In this document: positions 1 through 8,419 of the stretch, one piece after another
How the letters are laid out: every line of letters starts with the position of its first letter
Numbering within the stretch: the stretch's first letter is position 1
NCBI GenBank assembly: GCA_905182635.1
Contig: CAJJCM010000026.1
Location: 3,568 to 67,567, forward strand
DNA from: an uncultured Candidatus Poseidoniales archaeon
Lineage (GTDB): Archaea > Thermoplasmatota > Poseidoniia > Poseidoniales > Poseidoniaceae
Length of the DNA stretch: 64,000 nucleotides
Direction: 5' to 3'
The notes under the pieces: model-generated
Databases searched by the model: none
The model's input: the letters and a program-made list of their open reading frames with translations, nothing else
Told to the model about the DNA's origin: nothing
Translations under genes and position numbers: made by a program

Positions 1-2
1 TC

Positions 3-677
3 GATGAAGGAAATGAACCCTATTTCCCTCCTGATGAAAATGCACAGAAGTGGGGGGTTCGTGCTCGATTTTTCCTCGGGTCATTGTTCCTCGTTCCTGT
101 AGCGTATCTTGCGATTCTACAATACCGCACAAAAAAGGTGGCGAATAATCTATTTTTGAAATCAGAGCAACTTGCATGGTTCAAACAGCAAATGGACTCA
201 GGCGAAAAAACGCCTGAACAATCACGTAAGAATCTGGCCAAGGCACTGCAAGCAATTTCTCTACTCAACTGGGAACAAGCAAACAAAGCATGGGGCAAGA
301 CATATCTTGATTATCGAACCGAAAACGTGGCACTTGCCGTATGGAAATTAGACAGGCGCATGGCGAAAAATGAAGGAGGTATTCCGTTGATGGTTGGCGT
401 CCATATCCTCGAAGGGCATTGGGACCTCGCTGCCTTGCGCTTCGATGCTCCTGTCGGCCAAGCATGGAAGGTCGAACATGTTGAGCCTCGTTTCCTTCAT
501 CGGGGTGAAGAAGTGTTCCTTGACACCATGGCCGTAGGAAACCGTACCTTCATTATGGCTGAATTAAGCGGTAATGCTGGTGTTGTGGATATTGAACTTA
601 ATGGTCGAATGGATGGTGTTGCAAGTGCTGCTCGAATCCCAACAACCTTGACACTCTATTCAAATGAAGAAGAGTGA
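3..677 (+). CDS. Hypothetical membrane protein, 5'-truncated by the window edge
   Basis: Frame is open from position 3 (DEGNEPYFPP...) through TGA at 675-677, so the track start at 84 is internal. One hydrophobic segment (FFLGSLFLVPVAYLAIL). Confidence 0.7.
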   Translation, partial: DEGNEPYFPPDENAQKWGVRARFFLGSLFLVPVAYLAILQYRTKKVANNLFLKSEQLAWFKQQMDSGEKTPEQSRKNLAKALQAISLLNWEQANKAWGKTYLDYRTENVALAVWKLDRRMAKNEGGIPLMVGVHILEGHWDLAALRFDAPVGQAWKVEHVEPRFLHRGEEVFLDTMAVGNRTFIMAELSGNAGVVDIELNGRMDGVASAARIPTTLTLYSNEEE

Positions 678-778
678 TACCGTGGGTAGGCAGTGCACTA
701 GCCGACTGAACACCCATTGTACTCCTCCATAGTCTCTTGAGAGGTTTAAAAGAACCCTCATTGCAAAGATGATGGAAA

Positions 779-1654
779 TCAAAGGTATTTCATAAAGAAC
801 GCTCTGCACCGAACGAAGGAATCTGCACGAGCAGTGGGATTACCTTCCACGTGAGCGCCTCTATTCCGCAAGATTCGGATAACCCATCGTCGTTGCCAAC
901 GCTCGTTCAAAGGCAATCGGATACCTAGGAATAATTCCCCAGACATGTTTCCATTCTTGTCGATACGAGCAGTCCTCTTTTTCAAACGAACAGCCTTTGG
1001 AAGCCACTCGAATTCTCTCTCGCTGTCGAAGGAGTGGTGCGCTCCAGGATAGACATGCAGGGTCGCATTTGGCAGTTGAGGCATGAGGTCTTGAACCAAA
1101 TGAACTGGGGTCCAATCGTCAGCATCTCCGTGAAGAATGAAGATGGGTGATTCGGACCAAGTTTGGATTTCGGGGCGAATATGTGCTGCTGGATAGAATG
1201 GTAAATGAGCGTCAAAGGGAGTCCCAAGAATCTCGATAATTGGAGACCATGCAGAATACAGTGCTACGGTTCCACCAAGGCTCCATCCAGCGATTCCAAT
1301 CTTTCCGATACGAGAATCCTGTTCTAACACAGAACGAGTTCTGAAAGCATCAACGAGCATCATTGCATGGGTCACTGAGAGTTGGTCATCAACCGTGGAA
1401 TCAATCGTTCTTGAGGAGAATGAATTCACCTTACAAACTGCAAGCCCAGCATCGAGCCAACCATTGATATGGTCCTGATGATGTGATGCCCAACCTATGC
1501 TTCCGTGAAGGGCAAGTACACATCCGAATGGCCCTTCACCTTCGGGCAGATACAGTTCAGAATCAACGGTTGTTTCTGGAGTTTTTTCCAAACCGGTCAG
1601 TATGTGGTGTATCTCAAATGGAGAGCGAGATTGAACTTGGAATCGCTCGACCAT
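779..1654 (-). CDS. Dienelactone hydrolase-like alpha/beta hydrolase
   Basis: Nucleophile elbow G-W-S-L-G-G, HGDADDW (Asp) and YPGAHHSFD (His) motifs. Confidence 0.85.
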   Translation of the reverse strand: MVERFQVQSRSPFEIHHILTGLEKTPETTVDSELYLPEGEGPFGCVLALHGSIGWASHHQDHINGWLDAGLAVCKVNSFSSRTIDSTVDDQLSVTHAMMLVDAFRTRSVLEQDSRIGKIGIAGWSLGGTVALYSAWSPIIEILGTPFDAHLPFYPAAHIRPEIQTWSESPIFILHGDADDWTPVHLVQDLMPQLPNATLHVYPGAHHSFDSEREFEWLPKAVRLKKRTARIDKNGNMSGELFLGIRLPLNERWQRRWVIRILRNRGAHVEGNPTARADSFVRCRAFFMKYL

Positions 1655-1759
1655 GCGTATTGGGATGGCTTACATCATTTCAAATGTGGTTTTTCACAAT
1701 GGAAGAAATCAACGCCTTCTACCACCACTGGAACTGCGCAAGCAATCTCACACACAGGC

Positions 1760-2902
1760 TCAATTCCGACGCTCTTTTGCATCATCTTTGATTCGTTCAA
1801 GAATATCTTTTGGGCCAAGTACAGGCTTCAAATCTTGAAGGACTTTCTTCGACTTCTTGTCGACCTTTTTCGGCATATGTAATTTGAGAAGAACAATCAC
1901 ATCGCCTCGACCACTGCCTCTGCTTCGTGGCAAGCCTCGTTTCTTAATTTCAATCGTATCGCCAGAATTCGAATACGGTGGGATTTTGATGACTAATTCC
2001 TTTCCATCAATGTGCTGTAAAGTAACACTGGTGCCCAATACAAGGTCGGAATAGCCAAGTGGAAGAGACATGATTAAATCTGAAGTTGAACGTTCATACC
2101 AAAGGTGCTGGTCAATGTCAATCTCGATGAATAAATCACCATCTTGACCTTTTCCTTGAGGTGCTGGCTCTCCTTTTCCACGCATGCGTAGACGAGTTCC
2201 TGCTTCAGCACCGGCAGGGATATTGAAGCGAAGTGTTGTCGATTTGATCTCCTTGCCGTTTCCACGACAAGGGCCACAATTTTCATCAATTTGATGGCCT
2301 GCACCCTTGCATCGAGGACAATCACGAACAACATCTTGGACAAAGGGTCCAACTTGCTGACGCATTCGAACGCGACCTTGGCCACTGCAATCGCTGCAAT
2401 CAGAGATGTTTCCATCTTTGGCTCCAGTTCCAGCACACTTGGTACAAGCGACAGGCAGTTCAACTTCGACTTCTTCTGTGCTTCCGGCATAGATTTTTTC
2501 TAAATCAACGGTATGAAACATGCGAATATCGCTGCCACGACGTCGTGAACTTTGACCGCCACCACCGCCACCACCGCCACCAAAGATGTTGGAAAAGAAA
2601 TCGCCACCCATTATATCTTCTAAATTGATGTTAAATCCGCCACCACCAAATCCACCAAACGGTGAACCGCCAGCACTGCCATGACCAAATCGGTCAAATT
2701 GAGCACGCTTTTCATTATCAGAAAGGACTGCATACGCCTCCTGTATTTCTTTGAACATGTTTTCAGCGTCTTCTTCTTCACTACGGTCAGGATGATACTT
2801 TCGTGCAAGACTCCGGAATGCATTTTTGAGGTCGGCAGAAGAGGCATCTTTTGCCACGCCTAAGACTTCATAATAATCCCGCTTCTCCGACATAGCACTC
2901 AC
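1760..2902 (-). CDS. dnaJ: Chaperone DnaJ
   Basis: J domain (DYYEVLGV...HPD), G/F-rich linker, four CxxCxGxG zinc-finger repeats and C-terminal domain. Start is GTG 2902 or ATG 2893. Confidence 0.97.
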   Translation of the reverse strand: MSAMSEKRDYYEVLGVAKDASSADLKNAFRSLARKYHPDRSEEEDAENMFKEIQEAYAVLSDNEKRAQFDRFGHGSAGGSPFGGFGGGGFNINLEDIMGGDFFSNIFGGGGGGGGGQSSRRRGSDIRMFHTVDLEKIYAGSTEEVEVELPVACTKCAGTGAKDGNISDCSDCSGQGRVRMRQQVGPFVQDVVRDCPRCKGAGHQIDENCGPCRGNGKEIKSTTLRFNIPAGAEAGTRLRMRGKGEPAPQGKGQDGDLFIEIDIDQHLWYERSTSDLIMSLPLGYSDLVLGTSVTLQHIDGKELVIKIPPYSNSGDTIEIKKRGLPRSRGSGRGDVIVLLKLHMPKKVDKKSKKVLQDLKPVLGPKDILERIKDDAKERRN

Positions 2903-2960
2903 CCAACAAAACGAGGGGCATCAAGGACCTCTTTCAACATCTCGCTTGAGAAGGCTCTTT

Positions 2961-3971
2961 TCAAGCGTCAAGACCACAATGTAGACAAAACTGTTCTGAA
3001 ACCGGAATGGTTGCATTACAACCCCTGCACAATGAGCCAGTTGGAGAGACAATGACTTCGGTTGGTTGGGACGTTTCGTATTGAGGAATAGACAGCATGG
3101 CCATTGATTCGATACTTTCGGTCGATTGTTCAGCCGGCGCATTGGAGTCGAAACCATAGACCTTCTCAGTTTGAGGTTTGGTTTGAAACTGGGCTTGATT
3201 TTGAACGGCATCCACAAGCGTATTTCCTGTTTCGGACATGACCGATTCCACTTCACCATCATCAGTCATCGAGGTGAGTGTCAGTTCAGAATCATTCGAA
3301 GATGTGACGCTACGTATAGGAGCAACTGGACGTTGTGCAGTGACCGGTGCTGCTGAAGCCGCAGCACGGAGGGTTTGCTGCCTCTTTTCTTCACGCCGTT
3401 GGTCGGCATCACCTCGGCCAAACATCCGACTCAACATATCAAGAAATGAATCCATAGGGGAATTCTTACGGGTCGCACCAATGGTCGAATCCACAACTTC
3501 GTCATCAAAAGTTTCAGTACCAGTCATTCTTCGATTCGCTTTCCGAATCCGTTCGGATTCAAGCAAAAGGTCGACTTCAACTCGTTCGTCTTCACCTATT
3601 TCGAGTTCCGGAAGTTCATTATCGATACTGGAAACCGGCTGTAGAAGTACTCTTTCTCCTTCTGGACTGAGGTTGCTGTCGAGTTGTACATCGGTTTGCC
3701 AAACACCAGCTTCTTCCGCCTCGTAGACTTTTTTCATCGATTTCATAGTTTTTGAACGATGGAATTCATAATCATGGACCGTACGAGTTTTGCGAAACAA
3801 AAGTAGACCAAGAACGATGCCGATTCCATACCACCCGTACATGAGGTTCGGTTCAACTTCAAACATTTCTTTGAGAGGAGTAACTGTAAAGTGAGTCACA
3901 CCCATGAGAAGCAATGGCAACACTGCAACTCCACGGGCTGTTGCAGTTCGCTCAGACACCATTGTACTCAT
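2961..3971 (-). CDS. Hypothetical membrane protein with C-terminal zinc ribbon
   Basis: Two N-terminal TM segments, acidic low-complexity middle, terminal CRGC-x10-CLHC. Alternative TTG start at 3995. Confidence 0.7.
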   Translation of the reverse strand: MSTMVSERTATARGVAVLPLLLMGVTHFTVTPLKEMFEVEPNLMYGWYGIGIVLGLLLFRKTRTVHDYEFHRSKTMKSMKKVYEAEEAGVWQTDVQLDSNLSPEGERVLLQPVSSIDNELPELEIGEDERVEVDLLLESERIRKANRRMTGTETFDDEVVDSTIGATRKNSPMDSFLDMLSRMFGRGDADQRREEKRQQTLRAAASAAPVTAQRPVAPIRSVTSSNDSELTLTSMTDDGEVESVMSETGNTLVDAVQNQAQFQTKPQTEKVYGFDSNAPAEQSTESIESMAMLSIPQYETSQPTEVIVSPTGSLCRGCNATIPVSEQFCLHCGLDA

Positions 3972-4025
3972 CCCTCGCTTCAATCGTTCACTCAAGTATG
4001 TTGCCGTCTCTTGTATGGCCCTGCA

Positions 4026-5057
4026 TCATCGGTCAGTGGATGCTCGACCTTTACGAAGGAGACCATCAAGCAGTCCAACCGAAAAACTCGAATGAAGCAT
4101 AAGCAAGCAGAATGGAACACCGAAGAGTGTTGAAATACGCTTTGAAATGAAACTGCTGCGAATACCTTCAATCACGAGTACGGCGAAATAACAGCCAGGG
4201 AGAATAAAAGCCAATTCAGTTTGAAAAAAGCAGAGTGCAAGTGTTGTCAACAATCCAAACCAAGGTAAAAACTCCCGAGCACTCACTCGCTTCGGATGCT
4301 TTCGTAAAACTTTCATCCGCCAAAAGCCATACCGATGGCCCATTTTCCACCACTTCAGCAAACCCGAACGTTTCACCATATGGACACTGGTTGCTGGTGT
4401 TCGGTGAATGCTAAAACCTGCTTCAAGAAGACGCATTGAAAGGTCACTGTCTTGACTTGTGATGTAGGATGTATCCCAACCACCAATCTGTTTCAATGCC
4501 AAGCGTGAATGCATGGCGAAGGCAGGAGTATTCGTTGGACCTGAAGTGGAAAAATTATCGAATTGTCCACTGCCACTTCCGAGTGGAGAAGCAAGCGTCG
4601 CTTCAATCCAAGCCTCGACCACTCCATGTTCACCGATGCTTGGTTTCACTCGAATACCAACTGCAGCCAAAGGTCCTGTCGTTGTTGATTCAATACGTCT
4701 CCATTCTTGTAAGCGGATTTCGAGATGATCGGGTTCAACCGTAGAATGTCCAATCATTTCAACGGTGTATTCAATGGAATCAGGAAGCAGGGTAAGGGCG
4801 AGGTTACGTGCTTCAGCAACATGCTTTTTAGGATTGGAATGTAATTCAATTGACGGGCCATTGACCTTTTTACTTCGTTCAATTGCTTTGGACACTTCAT
4901 CGCAGGTCGAATCTTCAGAACCGCCATCAAGTACCAAAATTATATGGCGTTCTGCAGGCAGAGTTTGAGCAATCAGTGAATCCAAACAGGCGCCAATGTA
5001 TGCTGACTCATTCAAGACTGGAATGACAGATGCAATCAACGGTTCTGCATCACTCAT
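4026..5057 (-). CDS. Glycosyltransferase family 2 (ExoA-like)
   Basis: SVIPVLNE, DGGSED, GGWD...SQDSDL motifs and C-terminal TM helices. Confidence 0.88.
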   Translation of the reverse strand: MSDAEPLIASVIPVLNESAYIGACLDSLIAQTLPAERHIILVLDGGSEDSTCDEVSKAIERSKKVNGPSIELHSNPKKHVAEARNLALTLLPDSIEYTVEMIGHSTVEPDHLEIRLQEWRRIESTTTGPLAAVGIRVKPSIGEHGVVEAWIEATLASPLGSGSGQFDNFSTSGPTNTPAFAMHSRLALKQIGGWDTSYITSQDSDLSMRLLEAGFSIHRTPATSVHMVKRSGLLKWWKMGHRYGFWRMKVLRKHPKRVSAREFLPWFGLLTTLALCFFQTELAFILPGCYFAVLVIEGIRSSFISKRISTLFGVPFCLLMLHSSFSVGLLDGLLRKGRASTDR

Positions 5058-5146
5058 ACCATTGCCAACATGGCTTTGACTTTCACCTCTTCGCCCTTTT
5101 TCGCAACGAAAGGCATGTTCATGTGCAAGCGATGGTTGGCGAGTTC

Positions 5147-5662
5147 ATGCAAGACCCAATGCTTCGCCTCAACGGCGTCAATGAAAACTTGCGTATCCTC
5201 ATTGAAACTGAGTTGCGGGGTGCAGACTCTCCTCAAAAGGTAGAACAGGCAGTCTTGGCAATATTCCCAGAATTCCCAAGAGACAATCAATCCGATGAAC
5301 CAACTCTTGGAAAGGCGAGTAATGTGACATGGAGTGCCGAACAAATATCGCTTGAAACATTTCTCAAATTACTCCATGACTACCGAATACTCGATACTGC
5401 ATTGGATGCAATGACCGTTGATTTCGATGGACAGAAAACCAAATTCCGTTTGCTACGCCAGGCAGCAATCGTTGGAAAAGTAGCCTTTCCTTTGCCGAAT
5501 GAGCAGCCACTTGGAGGAGTCATCTCCGTCACACTCGAAGGAGAACATCTTGGTGATTGGCTCGAAGCAGCGACTTGGCATAAAGGTCGAGACATTACTC
5601 CACGTTCGATCAAAGATGACAATGCCATGGGTGAAGATGGTGAAGCGGTTACTTGGTTGTAG
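5147..5662 (+). CDS. UPF0201/DUF54 family putative RNA-binding protein
   Basis: Resembles archaeal DUF54 (DSPQKVEQAVLAIFP...RILDTA...RQAAIVGKVAF). Start uncertain; the track start at 5030 overlaps the divergent gene. Confidence 0.65.
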   Translation: MQDPMLRLNGVNENLRILIETELRGADSPQKVEQAVLAIFPEFPRDNQSDEPTLGKASNVTWSAEQISLETFLKLLHDYRILDTALDAMTVDFDGQKTKFRLLRQAAIVGKVAFPLPNEQPLGGVISVTLEGEHLGDWLEAATWHKGRDITPRSIKDDNAMGEDGEAVTWL

Positions 5663-6695
5663 GCAAGTACGAAGTTTGTATCATCCAATCGACAACAGCC
5701 TCATCGTTCCCCAGCCAATCAAGAGGCGTGGTATCTGCCAGTGACCTCAAAGCAATTGCATCGTGCGCAGTCCACAATTCCTTATCCTCGAAATGAGGCG
5801 CATCGCCATGAAAAGAGGTCGGTAAGACATGCAAAGCGATGTCGACATCTTTGAGCGAATGATACCAGGTGCCGACTGGGTTCTCACATGCCACATACCA
5901 GCCAAACTCTTCCTGGATTTCTCGTTCTAACGCCTCAGTCAACGTTTCATTTGGCTCGACCTTCCCCCCAGGAAACTCCCATGCCCCCGCATGACTTTCG
6001 GATGGTGAGCGACGAGCGACGAGATATTGGTCGTCGTGAGAAATTAAAGCTGCAACTACCGATAGTACTGGTCGATACATCATGCGTTGAAGGAGTTCTT
6101 GAACCAGTTCGAGAGCGGATGCCAGTGAACAATTTTCGTGTGAAGGAAGATGGAGAAATAAGCATGGTATGACTGATTCATCGACGCTTGATGTGGATTC
6201 GAGAGCAGAAAGGGTTCGGTACAGTGTCTCGTTACAGAGATACGACCCGGCATCCACTGAGAGTTCGCACTCCATCGACCAGTCACGGTTCATCCACGAT
6301 TGCGCCGGCACTGTGACGTAGAGGTCACCTTGCCCTGTGATGGGTTGTTCCATTATTTGACGACCCTTATTGTCGGGTATCCGCATGTCGATTCGGTCTT
6401 GTGCGAGCGTTTCCAAACGAGGAATTCGACATGATTCACATAGCCCAATATGAAGAATAGCATCCCAATTCTGGCCTTGGTGGAGAGCAGATGCAATTTC
6501 GGTCGACCCTGCTTCATCTACGGAGAGTACTCGCGTTTCAATCGAGATGTCGAGCGATTTGGCAGGTTTTTGACGCAAATCTGCCCAAGGGTCGTTCATT
6601 CGAATGTTGGAAGGTAATTCCCTCACCACTTCGCTCGAAATATTACGCCGGTGAGTTCCAAATGGCTCAAAACCAGTCACCAATACCCGAGCCAT
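5649..6695 (-). CDS. Pyroglutamyl-peptidase I (C15) fused to a Nudix hydrolase
   Basis: VLVTGFEPFG, RLE, DAGSYLCN and FLHLP of peptidase C15, followed by Nudix box GGKVEPNETLTEALEREIQEEFG. Confidence 0.88.
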   Translation of the reverse strand: MARVLVTGFEPFGTHRRNISSEVVRELPSNIRMNDPWADLRQKPAKSLDISIETRVLSVDEAGSTEIASALHQGQNWDAILHIGLCESCRIPRLETLAQDRIDMRIPDNKGRQIMEQPITGQGDLYVTVPAQSWMNRDWSMECELSVDAGSYLCNETLYRTLSALESTSSVDESVIPCLFLHLPSHENCSLASALELVQELLQRMMYRPVLSVVAALISHDDQYLVARRSPSESHAGAWEFPGGKVEPNETLTEALEREIQEEFGWYVACENPVGTWYHSLKDVDIALHVLPTSFHGDAPHFEDKELWTAHDAIALRSLADTTPLDWLGNDEAVVDWMIQTSYLPTTK

Positions 6696-6790
6696 GCCAT
6701 TGCCTTGTCATGGGGGTTTTTGATACTCGTGCCGATTAAATGTCCGTCATCTTGACAAATAAGAACCAACACGACGATACAGTGGGGAGT

Positions 6791-7132
6791 ATGGAGGCAC
6801 ATTCAGAAATGACGCTTATTCTCCCTGAAGAAGAGAAAAAAGGGTTTCTCGAATGGCGCCCTATTCGATTATTGCGTGAAATCTGGAGAGAAATCACATT
6901 TGGAGTCGGTGCATGGGGAACTTTGCGGCCTCTGGTAACTGCGCTTCTTGCCACAATTCCGTTCCTTTTCCTAGGTCAGCATTTCAATCGACAACATCGT
7001 AAGGCTTTCGATTGGATGATGCTCCAAGTTCCACTTGCATTGACCATCGTACTTTGGGTCGGATTGTGGTTTTATTCGATCTTTGATGCATGGCGAGAGG
7101 CGACGAAGCGAATTGCAGCCAAATCGGATTAA
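6791..7132 (+). CDS. Small hypothetical membrane protein
   Basis: Hydrophobic helices, LGQHFN...YSIFDAW pattern. GGGGAG precedes ATG 6791; track start is 6740. Confidence 0.6.
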   Translation: MEAHSEMTLILPEEEKKGFLEWRPIRLLREIWREITFGVGAWGTLRPLVTALLATIPFLFLGQHFNRQHRKAFDWMMLQVPLALTIVLWVGLWFYSIFDAWREATKRIAAKSD

Positions 7133-7920
7133 GGCTTCCATAATTGGTCAGTGCATGTGATTGTGCCATCGGCTAACCCTTGCAAATCTTTTTTGTCATC
7201 GATGTCGAATTCGGTGGGTAACTCATTATCAAAGAAATTCGCAATGCTCGAAGATTCAATTGCCCAATACATCACTGAATCTTCGTTGTTCGAATGGCCA
7301 GGGTGCTCACTGTCTTCATGATCTTCTGGTGAGGTATAGACTGTGTTAACCAAGCCTAACAGATGACCGAATTCGTGAATAAGAACACTGTTTTCGATTT
7401 TTTCAGCAGAAGGCCTGCGAAGAAAGTTTTCAGCATCATCAATTGAATCCTTGAAGATGGAAATGGTCGATGCATCGACTGCAACTCCAAGTACACTGTC
7501 ATCCTCATAGACGCCAGCAGGGAAGATGACTTGCCAATAAAGGGTTGAACCATCTCTTGGGTCGTGACTCTTCTCCTCCCAGCCTGTTGCGCGAACATCA
7601 TTTGCATCCCAAATATCTTCGTTCACAAAGTCAGTCTCGGTGAATATGAGTTCAATGCCTTGAGGCTTCTTACACACCGAGTCGAGACGTTCTTTCAACA
7701 AATCAGTGGATGATGATTCCGGTTGGTAGCCTGGTTCATAATCAATTTCGATTACCATTGAAGTGTAGGTTGAATCATCAAGACAAGCCAGTGTCAATCC
7801 ACCAGGGATTCCATGTCTCAAACCCAAATCCGTAAAACTATCCGTGCCAATGCAGCCTGAAAGCATTGGAGAGATGAGAACGATGAGCATCCCCAAACTG
7901 ATGCGAACCCCCTTCTCCAT
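7129..7920 (-). CDS. Zinc metalloprotease-like lipoprotein (metzincin-like)
   Basis: Signal peptide with LSGC lipobox, HEFGHLLGLVN and downstream SVMY Met-turn. Confidence 0.75.
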   Translation of the reverse strand: MEKGVRISLGMLIVLISPMLSGCIGTDSFTDLGLRHGIPGGLTLACLDDSTYTSMVIEIDYEPGYQPESSSTDLLKERLDSVCKKPQGIELIFTETDFVNEDIWDANDVRATGWEEKSHDPRDGSTLYWQVIFPAGVYEDDSVLGVAVDASTISIFKDSIDDAENFLRRPSAEKIENSVLIHEFGHLLGLVNTVYTSPEDHEDSEHPGHSNNEDSVMYWAIESSSIANFFDNELPTEFDIDDKKDLQGLADGTITCTDQLWKP

Positions 7921-7957
7921 GGTGTGCGGTGCAGGTCGCTATTTTCAAACCCATTGC

Positions 7958-8410
7958 TCACCAGTCTTCCGGTATTTCGAGCGGAGAGAACAGTTGCCCG
8001 GGGCCTTTTGCCTTGGCCAGTTGGGTGCGTGAAAGGGCTTCCCAAGGGCGCAGTGCCAGTAATCCTTCTGCCAAAGAAGCATCAATTTCGACAAGTGTGA
8101 CACGAACAAGTGTTGCGAGAATATCCATTCGGTCTTCATCAATGATTTTGAATATTTTTTCAAGTTCAAAACTAAATTCAGGGTCATTACCTTCCGGTGT
8201 TTCAATTGGCCATGGATGGGTCACCGTTTCAGGGAACGTTTGTTGAGTTGCACTAATATGTTCATCTAAAGAACGTGAAAGGCCAGCAATATGCTTGCTC
8301 AAGACAAGACTCACTTCAATCAAGGGCATACTCAATTGATTGATGAGATTGACCATGCGTTCTTGCATAGTCACCATGCCATCAACGGCCGAAGCCTTTT
8401 CTTCAGTCAT
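7958..8410 (-). CDS. Hypothetical protein
   Basis: 150-aa ORF starting 10 bp after the stop of the upstream large gene; helical, protein-like composition. Confidence 0.65.
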   Translation of the reverse strand: MTEEKASAVDGMVTMQERMVNLINQLSMPLIEVSLVLSKHIAGLSRSLDEHISATQQTFPETVTHPWPIETPEGNDPEFSFELEKIFKIIDEDRMDILATLVRVTLVEIDASLAEGLLALRPWEALSRTQLAKAKGPGQLFSPLEIPEDW

Positions 8411-8419
8411 AGCGACAAC

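Noticed and set aside
2557-2582. Tandem CCGCCACCA repeats
   Set aside because: They encode the poly-Gly linker of the DnaJ G/F region; ordinary.
1760-2902. dnaJ without adjacent dnaK/grpE
   Set aside because: The partners may simply lie elsewhere in the genome; not informative from one window.
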